64,000 bases of DNA from Naegleria gruberi (taxonomy: Eukaryota): NCBI GenBank assembly GCA_000004985.1, contig GG738855.1; one strand, written 5' to 3'. Position 1 is the first letter of the stretch; the number at the start of each line of letters is the position of its first letter. Of the stretch, positions 23,006 to 34,709 are shown piece by piece. Below the pieces are notes generated by a model. It worked only from the letters and a program-made list of their open reading frames with translations. It ran no database searches and had not been told where the DNA came from. The translations under genes were made by a program, and so were the position numbers.

Positions 23006-25585
23006 TTACATGATCGAACAACACTTAGCCTCCTTTTCTTGGACTGGTTTTCCTGGGTTCTTATTTGGGAGTGGTGTTGGTGGCATGAAAATAGGAGATA
23101 GTTGAATATCATCTGTGTGAAGAGTGTCATTAACATTCTTCGTTTGATTATTCTGTTTAGTGAGTGGAGGAGAGTTGGACTCAGAAGCATTAAGGTTGAC
23201 TGCAAAAATATTCTCATCAGTTTTGAGAGCACTGTTACTGGAGGAGGGTTTTTCCTTGACTGGAGTTTGTGGAGGAGATAGCTGGTATGGTGTGATGTAC
23301 TTTTCATTTTCTGGACCTTTCAAATCCTTGATATGAAAAAGAGAAAAGAATGTAGACTGAAGGGATGGATCCATTGGGTGTGGCTCCAACTTTTGTTTTC
23401 TATCAGCAAAAGGTACTGGTAAATAGAGATTTTCTCGTAATTTCCACTCATATTTGGCTCCTCTTTCGAATGGTATAGTTCTATTGTTCTGCACAACATC
23501 AATATTGTAATAGAAGGATTTGGACAGCTCATCTCTTTCCAACAAATTAGATCCTCCTCCCACGTTTACAAATGAATAGTAGAATGCAAATATTTTGAAT
23601 AATGATTGATTTCTTGAAGGGTCATTTTCAAAAATCTTGTAAAACTCTACAAAACAAGGCACATCTTCCTCAACCCAATCAAGCTCAGTAAGCTTTTTGT
23701 CAAGGAAAAGAGAAATACTGACATTGAGTATAAGTCTATAAGAATTATGGTGTGAGGAAGATATTATATCATCAACGTATCTGGTAACATCAGTTTTTCC
23801 AAAAAATGCTATTGAATGTTGCTCAATAGATCTCTTTTCAATAGCCTTGTTAAAGCTCATATCTATTACTTCCATAACAAAGTCTCGAGCTATAACTATG
23901 GAATCATAGGAGGGCTTGTGTTGTGGACTGGTTGGAGGAGAATAGAAAACGTCAGAAATATATCCAACTGGTGTTGGAGTACTAGACTTGGACTCACCAC
24001 TCATTTTAGAGAATGAAGATGATCGTGTTCTTTCCTTGTAGTTTTCCCTTCTCCACTGCATTAGTTTCCAATTTTTTGGTTGGCTTCTATCGTGCACTTC
24101 AAAAGAAGAAAAATCATTGTCATACATTTCAACACTCTCCGCAGTACTTATTTCACTAAACGTATCAGTGACATCATATTGATCTAGCTCTTGTTTAGTT
24201 TCAGGCAAAGAAGTTGCAACTGTAAGAGGACTGTTTGGCCGAGATGTGGTGAAACTTTTAGAATTTCCAGTTGTGTTGGGCCTAGAAGGTTTCTTCTTTG
24301 CTTTCATGTCCCCTATTGTTGGAGTTTTCACTCTTTGTATTTGAGTATTTACAGGAACTCTTTCCACACTCTTCCTTACATCAGTTACTATGGATGTAAG
24401 TGATGATATACTTCCTCTTCGAGGTGAATTTTGGGCTGATGGTGGTGGAAACATTGTGGAATTTGTGGGTATGGCATCTTTAAGACTTGGTTTCTTAACA
24501 GCAGTTGAACCAATACTACCACTCGATGTATTGGCTGTACTTGTCTTATCCCACTGTTGCTTCTTCTTTTCTGAGGGTTCTTTACATTTAATTTCATCGG
24601 TTGGATTGAAAAATTGAGGCTTATATCCCATATCCTTAATTGGTTTTGAAGGTTCCGATCTCCTTAATGGATCAACGGCATTTGTTTTTGTTTTTGGTTT
24701 AGATTTTGTTATTATTACTGGTTGAGGGGGTGGAGGTTGGTTAATTGTTTCAATTGTGGCTTGTTTCTTTGCTTTTTCATCATTTACATATTTTGACTCG
24801 TCTTCAAGAACTGGGGAAGCTTGGAAAAACTCATCCTCAGAAGAATCTCCAATTAAAAAGTCGTCTTCCTCCTTTTTTTCTACTTTGGAGCCGGGCACTG
24901 AGAATGTTATTTGAGTTTTTGGATTGCCTTGAATGTTAGGAGTAAAAAGCCACTCTCCACTTTCGTCTTCTTGAGCCTCGCTCAGTAATTTTGAGGCAGC
25001 CATCAATCTAATGTTATGAGCAACAGATTTTCTGTCACTAATATTGGGTAAAACCTTATCCTCTGTTAGAAGGTCTTTTTGAGATCCAGGTTTAAGGTTG
25101 AGTAGTTTTGCAGAATTTCCTAACGGAGAAGGGTAATGAATATACTTCTCATTAATTAAATAATTATTTACACCTTTCTTTTCAATTAGATTTCCACTTG
25201 GAGTTTCATATTTGATGTCTGGCATTAGAGAATCCATTTTTGTAATATAATATGCTTTGTCCCTCTCCTTTTTTACCATTATCTCCTTTTCAAAGAATTC
25301 CCCATCCATAAAACGTTTCTCTTCATCACCCATTGAGAGGTTTGCTCTCGGCGTTAGAATTGTTGGAGAAAGCAAAATGTCACTCATTTCAAGAGGTGAT
25401 AATTTACTTCCTGTTGGATCAAAGAAAGATCCTCCTAAAGATCCATTCAAATCATCAAATTCATCATCCAAAATACTTGTTTGTTTGAGCATGGTAAGAT
25501 TGGTATCCATCTCCCGCTGCATCTCCTCAATGGATTGTTGATTATCAAACAAATCCAACTCGCTATTGTCCAACAAACTAGACAT
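23006..25585 (-). CDS. large S/T/P-rich hypothetical protein with a conserved-looking C-terminal globular region
   Basis: 859-aa single ORF with an ATG start (MSSLLDNSELDLFD). It has proline/serine-rich low complexity. The C-terminal roughly 250 aa are compositionally normal. Confidence 0.45.
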   Translation of the reverse strand: MSSLLDNSELDLFDNQQSIEEMQREMDTNLTMLKQTSILDDEFDDLNGSLGGSFFDPTGSKLSPLEMSDILLSPTILTPRANLSMGDEEKRFMDGEFFEKEIMVKKERDKAYYITKMDSLMPDIKYETPSGNLIEKKGVNNYLINEKYIHYPSPLGNSAKLLNLKPGSQKDLLTEDKVLPNISDRKSVAHNIRLMAASKLLSEAQEDESGEWLFTPNIQGNPKTQITFSVPGSKVEKKEEDDFLIGDSSEDEFFQASPVLEDESKYVNDEKAKKQATIETINQPPPPQPVIITKSKPKTKTNAVDPLRRSEPSKPIKDMGYKPQFFNPTDEIKCKEPSEKKKQQWDKTSTANTSSGSIGSTAVKKPSLKDAIPTNSTMFPPPSAQNSPRRGSISSLTSIVTDVRKSVERVPVNTQIQRVKTPTIGDMKAKKKPSRPNTTGNSKSFTTSRPNSPLTVATSLPETKQELDQYDVTDTFSEISTAESVEMYDNDFSSFEVHDRSQPKNWKLMQWRRENYKERTRSSSFSKMSGESKSSTPTPVGYISDVFYSPPTSPQHKPSYDSIVIARDFVMEVIDMSFNKAIEKRSIEQHSIAFFGKTDVTRYVDDIISSSHHNSYRLILNVSISLFLDKKLTELDWVEEDVPCFVEFYKIFENDPSRNQSLFKIFAFYYSFVNVGGGSNLLERDELSKSFYYNIDVVQNNRTIPFERGAKYEWKLRENLYLPVPFADRKQKLEPHPMDPSLQSTFFSLFHIKDLKGPENEKYITPYQLSPPQTPVKEKPSSSNSALKTDENIFAVNLNASESNSPPLTKQNNQTKNVNDTLHTDDIQLSPIFMPPTPLPNKNPGKPVQEKEAKCCSIM

Positions 25586-25689
25586 TTAAAATGTTTTTCA
25601 ATGATAATGGTGCAGATGATGTTTTGATCTATCAAATTAAGTAGTGCCTTAAATCGTCCTAGTCGTATTTTTTTTTAAATTTTTAAATC

Positions 25690-25703
25690 ATTTGGCGCCA
25701 ACT
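25690..25703. promoter_or_regulatory. Palindromic TTTGGCGCCAAC motif in the divergent promoter between the genes starting at 25585 (minus strand) and 25998 (plus strand)
   Basis: Direct observation. It is GC-rich within an AT-rich spacer. Confidence 0.35.
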
Positions 25704-25997
25704 CCTTTCAACGGCAACAAAGGGCCTGTTCTTTTTTCTAAGGACAAACCATATCAATCCTATGATACGATAACGTATTAATAAATTAATTTGTTTGATT
25801 CAGATCTACAGGATTCTTAGAAGATATATAATACTCTTTGTAAGGAATTGAAAATGATCTCTTCAATATTGAACTAGATACTTTGTTACTACCATATATC
25901 AGCCCAACTCACGGCAATTTATTTAATAATCGTGATAGACCTTGAAATTAGAGGCCTTGAAATTGTTGGCAGGGAAGATGCGTATGGCAAATAAAAA

Positions 25998-26803
25998 ATG
26001 GCTAAACAACTCTTCCAAGTTCATCATCAGCAGAATCAACAACAACAACATGAAGAGGTGAAAGATGTCATCACGGGATTTGGTATTATCATAGTATTAT
26101 GTTTTTCTCAATATTTGATTGGATTCTTTTTAAATTATAATAACTTTACTTTATACGAATACTTTGCCACATGTGTTGTTTCTTTATTTGCATTTGTTGG
26201 AGGATTTGAACTATATTTCAAAGTAAGTGATTATGATTGATAGGTCAATATCTTAATTATCCACAGTCACAAAGAATTGTAATGGCCAAACCTAGAGATT
26301 TTATCAATTTACATTGTAAATTAGATGACTGGATACCCTTTATTCCTCATGCTATTTATTTGTATTCTTTTGGAGATTTATTTATCATGTCTCTGATTAT
26401 ACCCACCTCACCTGATTTGGAATATTTATTTAGAGTCTTATTTGGAATGCTTCTAGTGACAATTACACAATGTATTTTCTTTGTAATTTTCCCATCCAAT
26501 ACTCCAGATTTCTATCGGGATAGCATAGCTCACTATGAGTCAAAAAACGGAAAGTTGGACAACTTGACAAAGTATTTCTATGAAAAGATGCACAAAGCAG
26601 ATCTGAATATCAACACAGTACCATCAGGCCATTGCTCTCTGGCTACCTATTTGTCACTCACTCAACTCCACATTTTTGGATATTGGACTTTATTGAATCC
26701 ATTGGCAATTGGAATAAGTTGTGTCCTCACCAAACAACATTCAATACTGGACACTTTTGCAGGAGCACTATTTGGATATTTTCTCTTCATTCTCATTCAT
26801 TAA
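25998..26803 (+). CDS. PAP2-superfamily (lipid phosphatase or phosphotransferase-like) membrane protein, join(25998..26222,26267..26803)
   Basis: It has a PSGH motif followed by a QHSILD (HxxxD) motif in a multi-TM context. The two track ORFs are joined by a 44-nt GTAAGT...CAG intron. Confidence 0.55.
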
Positions 26804-26899
26804 ATTCGCTGTATTTCCTTCCTCAATAATATCAAATCACAATTAGAATCTACTCTTTTCCCAACAGCAAAGAAATTAAAAAATCAATTCACATAAAAA

Positions 26900-29637
26900 A
26901 TGGCTGGATTGAAAAAACTTTTAAATAAGAAAAAGTATGTCCTCTCCATGTTTCCCTATCCGAGTGGTAATTTGCACATGGGACATGTTAGAGTGTACAC
27001 AATTTCGGACCTCATTGCTAGGACTCATAAAATGTTAGGGTACAATGTTATTCATCCATTTGGTTTTGATGCCTTTGGATTACCTGCAGAGAATGCTGCC
27101 ATTGAGAGAGGTGTTTCTCCAGCAGATTGGACTCACAAGAATATTGCTCACATGAAGGAACAAATTAAAGCCTTGGATTTTGATTTTGATTGGGAGAGAG
27201 AAGTGATAACTTGCAATCCGGAATATTACAAGTGGACACAATGGCTTTTCCTTCAACTCCACAAGAAGGGATTAGCCTATCAACAAGAAGCTTTGGTAAA
27301 TTGGGATCCGATTGATAATACTGTATTGGCCAATGAACAAGTTGATAGTCAGGGAAGATCTTGGAGATCTGGTGCTTTGGTGGAGAGAAAGAATTTGAGA
27401 CAATGGTTTTTCAAAATTAGAGAATTTGCAAACGTATGTTTAATGCAATATGATTCAGTATTATTTAGTGATGATGATTTTTAAATTTGGAATTTATTAA
27501 TAATTATTCTGTAATTCTGATTTAATGATAATTAATTGATGATTTAATGTTGGATGAATAATATTAATAATAGGAATTATTGGAAGATGCTGATACTTTG
27601 GAAAATTGGCCAATTAATGTTAGAACAATGCAAAAACAATGGATTGGAAAATCGGAAGGAGCTGAATTTTCTTTTGAAACAACTAGTGGAAGTAAGATTA
27701 CTGTCTTTACAACAAGACCAGACACAATTTATGGTGTCACTTATTTAGCTGTTGCTCCAGAAAATGATAAATTAATTGCTGCAATGGTTCCAGAATCGGA
27801 TAAATCTAGAGTTGATGCTTTTATTAAGCGTCTTTCATCATTGACAAGTGTGAAGAGAAATGAAGTTGCCAGCAACTCAAAAGAAGGTTGTTATACTGGT
27901 GTTGATGCTATTCATCCAATCACCAAAGAACGTATTCCAATTTATATTGCCGATTATGTCATTGCTGACTTTGCTGAGGGATGTGTTATGGGAGTCCCAG
28001 CTCACGATACCAGAGATTTTGAATTTGCTCAAAAACACTCCATCCAAGTTAAGAGAGTAATCAAACCACTCGATGATATTGTCGATGAAAATCAATGCTA
28101 CACTGAAAAGAATGGTATTCTCGTTAATTCTGCACAATTTAATGGTATGAAAATTGCTGAAGCTACACCAAAAATTATTCAATTTGCTAAAGAACAAGGT
28201 TTTGGTGGGCCATCTGTCCAATTCAAATTGAGAGATTGGTTAGTTTCAAGACAAAGATACTGGGGTGCACCAATTCCAATCATTCATTGTCCTCAATGTG
28301 GACCTGTTCCAGTTCCTGAAAAGGACTTGCCAGTTCTTTTGCCAACAAATATTGAATTTACTGGTAAGGGACCATCTCCATTGGCCAAAGTTGAAGATTG
28401 GATTAATGTCAAATGTCCATGTGGAAAGGGTATCGATTGTAAACGTGATACTGATACTATGGATACCTTTGTTGATTCATCTTGGTATTTCCACAGATAT
28501 ACCGATGCCAAGAATGATAAGGAGGCATTTAGTGTAGAAAAATCCGATAAGGAAATGAATGTAGATATCTATATTGGAGGTATTGAACATGCCATTCTTC
28601 ACTTGCTCTATTCTAGATTCATTCACAAATTCCTCCACAGTGAAGGATATATGAAACATAAGGAACCATTTGATACTCTCCTCACTCAAGGAATGGTCCA
28701 AGGTGAAACATTCAAAGATTTGGATAACAATAAGTATTACAAACCAGAAGAAATGACAAGATTGGAAGATGGCACAGTTGTAGATAAGAATACTCTCAAA
28801 CCATTGACAAGCGTTTGGGAAAAGATGTCCAAATCCAAATATAATGGTGTAGATCCAGAAGCTGTTGTGAAAGAATTTGGTTCAGATACTGTTCGTCTCT
28901 ACATTCTATTCAAAGCTCCATATGATAAGGAGTTGATGTGGGAACAAAATCAAATTTTGGGGCAACAAAGATTCCTTGCTCGTTTGGATGGTTTGATTTC
29001 CAACTTTGCTAAACGTAAATCTGAAAATGTACAACAATCTGAAGTGGAAACATCTGATGATGAATTCAAATTCTTGAAGGAGATTTATTCTCTCATTGAA
29101 CAAACACGTGAAGGTGTGACATCTCGTTATACATTCAATGTTTGTGTTTCTAATCTCCACAAATATGGTATTGCTCTCCAAGAATATGAAGAAAAGATTG
29201 GAAATACTAAGGCTTATGAAGAAGCAATGCTTTTGTTACCATCTGTTATGGCCCCTTTCACACCAATATTTGCTGAAAAGACCTTCAAGACAGTGACAGC
29301 TCATTTACCAAAAGATCACCCACTCAAACAATGTACATCTGTGTTCGAAACTGCCTTCCCAACTGTTACTCCAAGCGAAATTAAGGTTGAAAAGAAGAGT
29401 CAACTCTGTGTCGTGCAAGTGAACGGTAAGAGAAGAGACGAGCTCCAAATTCCAATGTCCCTTTTAAAGATTGCCAACAATTCTGAAAGACAAACAGCTG
29501 TTGAATCATTTGTTATGAGTAACAGTAGAGTTATTGCTATCAAGAGGGAACAAAATGAAACATTCAAAAAGATTATTCACGTCGACAAGATGAAACATCA
29601 ATATGTAATCAATTACATTGTCGAAGAAAAAGAATAA
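26900..29637 (+). CDS. LARS2: leucyl-tRNA synthetase, bacterial/mitochondrial type, join(26900..27433,27574..29637)
   Basis: It has the HMGH motif ([15 protein letters not shown]) and a bacterial LeuRS layout. FAN|[13 protein letters not shown] aligns with the E. coli sequence ADELLNDLDKLDHWPD. A KMSKS-like [11 protein letters not shown] motif is present. The 140-nt intron has a GTATGT donor. Confidence 0.9.
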
Positions 29638-29641
29638 AAAT

Positions 29642-31129
29642 TTATCTCTTTGGTGGCCTTATCAATTGTTTCTTCACTTTCATTGGGAACATGTTGGCAA
29701 AGAACATTGGATCTTTCATCATTTGTTCACTCATTTTCTTTGGATCCTTCATGGCTGCTGAACCAGCCTTACTGATGAATGATTTCATCTTTTCGTACAT
29801 CTTGAGCATCTTGTTTACATCGGTAACTTCAACCTTAGCTCTCTTAGCCAAGTCCAATCTTCTGGCACTCGATGATTCAACCAAGAGAGGTTGCAATTTT
29901 TCTTGTTCAGACATGCAACTAATGATATGTTCGTGATTATCAATGAATGACAAGTCCATATTATCCAATTTATCTCTGAATTTACCAATAAATTGTTCTG
30001 GAAGGTAACTGGCCATATTTTTCAGAGATCCCATCTTTTTAAGCATTTGAATTTGATCTTGATAATCCTTGAATGTGTATGCACCCTTACTGAATTGAAC
30101 AAGTTTTTGTTGAGCTTGAGCAGCATCCAAATTCATGGCATCCTTAGCTTTTTGAGCGAGAGTCATAATGTCACCTCCACCCAAAATTCTCTTAGCCAAA
30201 CTTTGGGGATCAAAAGTTTCCAAATCATCCATCCTTTCACCAATACCAATATATTTAACACTCAAACCAACAACTTGTTTCATACTGATAGCACAACCAC
30301 CACTGCTAGTACCATCCATTCTTGTCAAAACAATACCAGATAAACCAACACGATCGTGGAATTGAGTAGCAATATTCACAGCGTCGTTACCAAGCATAGA
30401 GTCTGCAACCAACAAGGTTTCATTTGGTTGAACAATAGCTCTTAATTCTTCCAATTCTGTCATGAGTTGTTCGTCAATGTGCATTCTACCAGCTGTATCG
30501 AAAATTACAGTATCAAATTGTTCACCATTTGGACCCACATATTCCATAGCTCTCTTTGCAATTTCAATTGGATTTTGTTCTGGAATAATTGGAAGTGATT
30601 CGACTTGAATTTGTTGAGCCAATGTTTGAAGCTGCATTTGAGCTGCAGGTCTGTAAGTATCAAGTGATACCAACAAGACTCTTCTATTTTCCTTTCTCTT
30701 TAATTGTAAAGCCAACTTGGCACTCGATGTGGTTTTACCAGAACCTTGAATACCTGTCACCATGATAACTGATTTACCTTCAGTGGATGGAATTAATTCC
30801 AAAGGAGCAACACCTCCACCCAACAATTCTGAAAGTCTATCCATCACCATCAAGTAAACAGTAGCAGATTTTGGTAATTCTTCAGCTTTTTGATTCGGAC
30901 CAACCCATTTTGCAATACGTGACAGTATTCCCTTATTTTCCTGTGATTCAACTTGTTTAACAGCTGCAATACCAATGGCATCCTCAGTGGCTTCCTTCAC
31001 AAATTGTGAAACAACAGATTCAGCAACATCAGCATCCAACAAGGCAACTCTAACTTTTTGCATGGCCTCTTCGACATCTTCCTTGGTGAGTGTCTTCTTT
31101 TTGAAGAGATTAGTAAAAGCATCAGACAT
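29642..31129 (-). CDS. ffh: Ffh-type (bacterial/organellar) signal recognition particle protein SRP54 homologue
   Basis: N, G and M domains are present, and the diagnostic residues are bacterial: DTYRPAAQMQL against eukaryotic DTFRAGAF, and DTAGRMHIDEQLM against eukaryotic DTSGRHKQ. It carries a Met-rich M domain. The first ATG is at 31129. The track extension to 31189 starts at GTG. Confidence 0.85.
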   Translation of the reverse strand: MSDAFTNLFKKKTLTKEDVEEAMQKVRVALLDADVAESVVSQFVKEATEDAIGIAAVKQVESQENKGILSRIAKWVGPNQKAEELPKSATVYLMVMDRLSELLGGGVAPLELIPSTEGKSVIMVTGIQGSGKTTSSAKLALQLKRKENRRVLLVSLDTYRPAAQMQLQTLAQQIQVESLPIIPEQNPIEIAKRAMEYVGPNGEQFDTVIFDTAGRMHIDEQLMTELEELRAIVQPNETLLVADSMLGNDAVNIATQFHDRVGLSGIVLTRMDGTSSGGCAISMKQVVGLSVKYIGIGERMDDLETFDPQSLAKRILGGGDIMTLAQKAKDAMNLDAAQAQQKLVQFSKGAYTFKDYQDQIQMLKKMGSLKNMASYLPEQFIGKFRDKLDNMDLSFIDNHEHIISCMSEQEKLQPLLVESSSARRLDLAKRAKVEVTDVNKMLKMYEKMKSFISKAGSAAMKDPKKMSEQMMKDPMFFANMFPMKVKKQLIRPPKR

Positions 31130-31617
31130 ATTAGAGGTCAAGTTTGAAAATAGACCATATTGTTTTGGTGAAGAGTGGAAGAATCTCACTTGTTGTTGAT
31201 TGTATTGTTGAAGAACATTTGGAGCCCAACATTCTTGTTATTTGATGAAAATAAACTTGTATGATGGCACAAGGCTGGTGAAAATACTTCCGATGATGAA
31301 AAGACAATTTTACAGTGATGATGTGTGTTGGCTGTCTTTAAAAATCGTGAGAGGAGAGAACGACTATTACTTTTAAACATTTTTTTCTAATCTGTGTTGT
31401 TTTATTATTATAATTGTTTCTTCATGTATCTAATTGATGTGATGATAACAAATTGTTGTACTATTAGATATTATGAACGACGACAATTAAATAATTAATA
31501 TTATATTATAGTTTTTATTGTTTGAAAAAGGTGTCGAAAATTAAAATCAACCAAAACAAAGACCCATTTTGGTTAATATTGTTGTTATTGTTGGTGTTAA
31601 AAGGTGGTAGAGTAGAA

Positions 31618-32286
31618 TTATTGTTTACCTCCGATGATAGACTTCAAGTGTTCGTTGAGCTTGGTTGGTGTATTCTTCCATGAGTGAGAAGTAACAAGAT
31701 TGTAGGTGGAAATGGTTGGTTTGACTGGATATTGAACAAAGAAAGTTTGAGCAGCTTCTTCTTCTCCATTGACAAGATAAGAGTACAGCAAAGCATTACG
31801 CAAGGAAGCAACTTCTCTATCAGTTGAAGCTCTCTTAATATATAATCCAAAGGTAAGTTCAGCATCAGGTACGCTACCAACTTGACCGAAAGCAGCAATA
31901 ATCTTGGCCATATCATCAATTTCCAAATCACGTGGGTGAGCATCGTAGTGTTGCTTGAGAGAAATGAGAGACTTGTAGTCGCTTGCCTTGGCAAATTCTA
32001 AAGCAGCATCACCACGTGATACCTTTCCTTCTCTTTCCTTTTTCAATTCGGCCAATCCATTCCAATTTCCTTCATAAACAAGGTCGAAAACCTTCTTGGC
32101 ATCTTGTTGTTTGAAAGAACTGGATCCAATTTTATATTCGTCTTCGCCGAATGGTGTAATAGAAAGAGATCTTGTTGTGGTGTGGAAAGAGTGTGATGAG
32201 AGGAAGACTCTTGAAGGAAGAACGGAAGAAGACTTCTTTGTACAAGCCTTGCAGATGTTGATGAGGGTGGATTTTTGGGCTGGCAT
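31618..32286 (-). CDS. hypothetical mitochondrial-type helical (PPR/TPR-like) protein
   Basis: It has a presequence-like N-terminus (MPAQKSTLINICKACTKKSSSVLPSRVFLSSHSFHTTTRSL) followed by roughly 35-aa helical repeats. Confidence 0.4.
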   Translation of the reverse strand: MPAQKSTLINICKACTKKSSSVLPSRVFLSSHSFHTTTRSLSITPFGEDEYKIGSSSFKQQDAKKVFDLVYEGNWNGLAELKKEREGKVSRGDAALEFAKASDYKSLISLKQHYDAHPRDLEIDDMAKIIAAFGQVGSVPDAELTFGLYIKRASTDREVASLRNALLYSYLVNGEEEAAQTFFVQYPVKPTISTYNLVTSHSWKNTPTKLNEHLKSIIGGKQ

Positions 32287-32370
32287 TTTTTTTAAATTTA
32301 TTTTTTAAAAATAAAATGGAATTGCATTTGAATGGCATACATTAATTTTCAATTTCATACCTTATTGAAA

Positions 32371-34459
32371 TTAGAATAGGTTTTTGAGTTGCTTATTTTC
32401 TTCTCTTAATGATCTCACTTCCTCGGTTAAATTTTCTACTTGTTTTGAAAGTTGTTCAATTAGAGAGAATGTCTGCTCTTGTTGAATACAGAATTGACGT
32501 AAAACATCTACATGAATGTTGGTGAGATCTTGGTGAATTGAACTCTGAAGATTGAAAATGGATTCTTGAAGTACATCCTTCATCACATCTTTCATTCTTT
32601 CCTCAGAAATACTATTTGACACAACTGGGGACCCAGTCGAGAGAGTTTGTTTCTGTTGTTGCTGTTGTCTAGATAGATGTGGTGATGAACTAGTTGCTAT
32701 TATTGAGGATGGAAGGGATTCGTCATCGATCATTTCATTGTGTTTTTGATTGTCTTCAAAAGATAACTCATCAACATTTTCGAGTGAGGGAGGAGTTTGG
32801 GGATGATAGTTAGAGGGTGGGAGAATATTCTCATTATTGGTGTCATCGACAGTGGGAGAGTTAAATTTAGGCTTTTTGGTTGGTCCTGAGGGAGAAAATA
32901 CAGACCTATCATCCTGAGTTGGTTTTAGGGATTTGTATATGGATAATCGATTATTTGTAGAATTTTCTAACATCTGACTGCTATTCAGATCAAGACTTTT
33001 GAAAGTGGTTGGTTTAAAAGGGTTTTCCAGGGAGAGTTTTGTGTTAATTTTGGAACTCAAGTGTTCCATTTGAGCTTGTTTTTTGATGTCCTCCAGTGTT
33101 GGAAATTGTGTAGATCCAATCTCAATACTTTTACCTGTTTTAACAGGAGAGAAAACATCCATACCATGATTTCTGTCTATGTTAAGTGTAGGTGGTTTAA
33201 CTTGTCTTTCTTGAGGAATGGAAGGAGGGGTTGATGGCTTTTTGAGAGATGAATAGGATTCAATGGTTGGGGATTCTCGTGGTCTTTGTACTTCAGATTG
33301 AGCTGTCTGCTGTTTAGCAGTGGATTTCTTAGATTTAGATTGAAAGGTTAGTGTTCTAATATATCCCATATCGACAGTAAGTTCAGTAATTGGACTCGTT
33401 GTTGATTTTTTCAAATCATAAAGGAAAACACTTCCATTAGATGTTCCTACAGCCATTATTGATCCATTATCCAAGTATGAAAATGAAGATATTGGTTGAG
33501 AAACTCGAATATTTTCCACAATCCTAATTTTAAAATTATATGATTATTCTACTAAACTATATGAAAATGCTTACTTTTTTTCCTTAATATCATAAAAGTA
33601 AATGTTCTTATCCAATCCTGCTGAAGCAAGGAGAGCAACATTTTGCTTTGAAAAATGTACTGCTACACATGGAGCTTGATGTTGATTAGGAAATGAGCAA
33701 TATGGCTTTCCAGAGATGGTATCCCATATTGTTACACTTCCATCATCACTGGCACTTGCCAATAGGGTTTTGTAAAAAGGTGAATATTCCAAAAATTTGA
33801 TTGATTGTTGTGTATTCGAAAGGGTGCATGAGAGAGTATTCGATACAATATTATGAATCAGAATTGTACCACTGGCATCACCACTCGCAACATGTTGATC
33901 ACCCTCGCTGAATGTGACACACGTGATAATTTCCTTATGTCCCTTAAATGTATTGATGACTTCCTTCTTTTTCAGATCCCAAATTTTTACGATACATGAG
34001 CTGCCTCCCGAACAAAGTTTGAGAGATGATTCTCCTATAGAAATTGATTGTACTTGTTCTTCAATATTTAATTTTCCAAATATTTCACCTTCAGGTGTTC
34101 CCATAATTACACTTCCATCATCACTACACGAAATGAGTACCTTATCTTGTTTTCACTCATTGGTTACAAATATTTTAATTGAAATACATACTATTGTGAT
34201 TCCATTTGGTGTCATTAATTGTTCGGTTTGGGAAATTTAACGAATTATAAGGACTCAATTTTCCATCCAATGTATTCAATTCTAATATCGATATTTGTTC
34301 GGATCCCACTATGGCCAATTTGTACAATGTTGTGGCAGATGTTGTGTTCGCATCTGATGATGAAGATGTCTTTGCATTTGTCCTATTACTGTTAGAAGCA
34401 ACACTTCTGGAACCTATTGGTGCAAAAGTTGAAGATGAAGGGTATTGTTTTGGATTCAT
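32371..34459 (-). CDS. NEDD1: NEDD1/GCP-WD (gamma-tubulin complex recruiting WD40 protein), complement(join(32371..33523,33575..34145,34192..34459))
   Basis: The WD40 blocks align with NEDD1 (IVKIWDLKKKEVINTFKGHKEIITCVTF...SDDGSVTIWD...GLDKNIYFYD). The C-terminal helix ...VRSLREENKQLKNLF matches the NEDD1 ...EIERLREENKRLRAHF. The two introns are 51 nt and 46 nt, with GTAAGC and GTATGT donors. Confidence 0.8.
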
Positions 34460-34474
34460 TTTTTTTGATACTAT

Positions 34475-34487
34475 TTTGGCGGGAATA
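34475..34487. promoter_or_regulatory. E2F-like site TTTTGGCGGGAAT in the 250-bp divergent NEDD1/NARFL promoter
   Basis: It lies about 20 bp upstream of the NEDD1 ATG at 34459 and is a consensus TTTGGCGGGAA. Confidence 0.4.
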
Positions 34488-34709
34488 GTTAAAAGCCTTC
34501 ACTTTCATACAAAAACGAACTGCCACTATTATCTGACTGCTAGGTTAAGAGCAAGTTTTTGATCCAATTCATTCTTTTCATTAACATCGGTTGGTCTCCA
34601 TTAATATTATTAGAAAAAGAAGAATCACAGAGTCGGATGAAGGAAATGCGTGGTCTGTGTCCATTCCTCCTCAATTAATAAGAAGAAAAAAACGCCACAA
34701 CAATAATCA

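Noticed and set aside
31130-31189. A 20-aa N-terminal extension (MRFFHSSPKQ...) for Ffh as given by the ORF track
   Set aside because: The 'start' is a GTG. The first ATG is at 31129. The extension is better explained as the 5' part of exon 2 after an acceptor at 31190/31189, as given in the presequence-exon finding.
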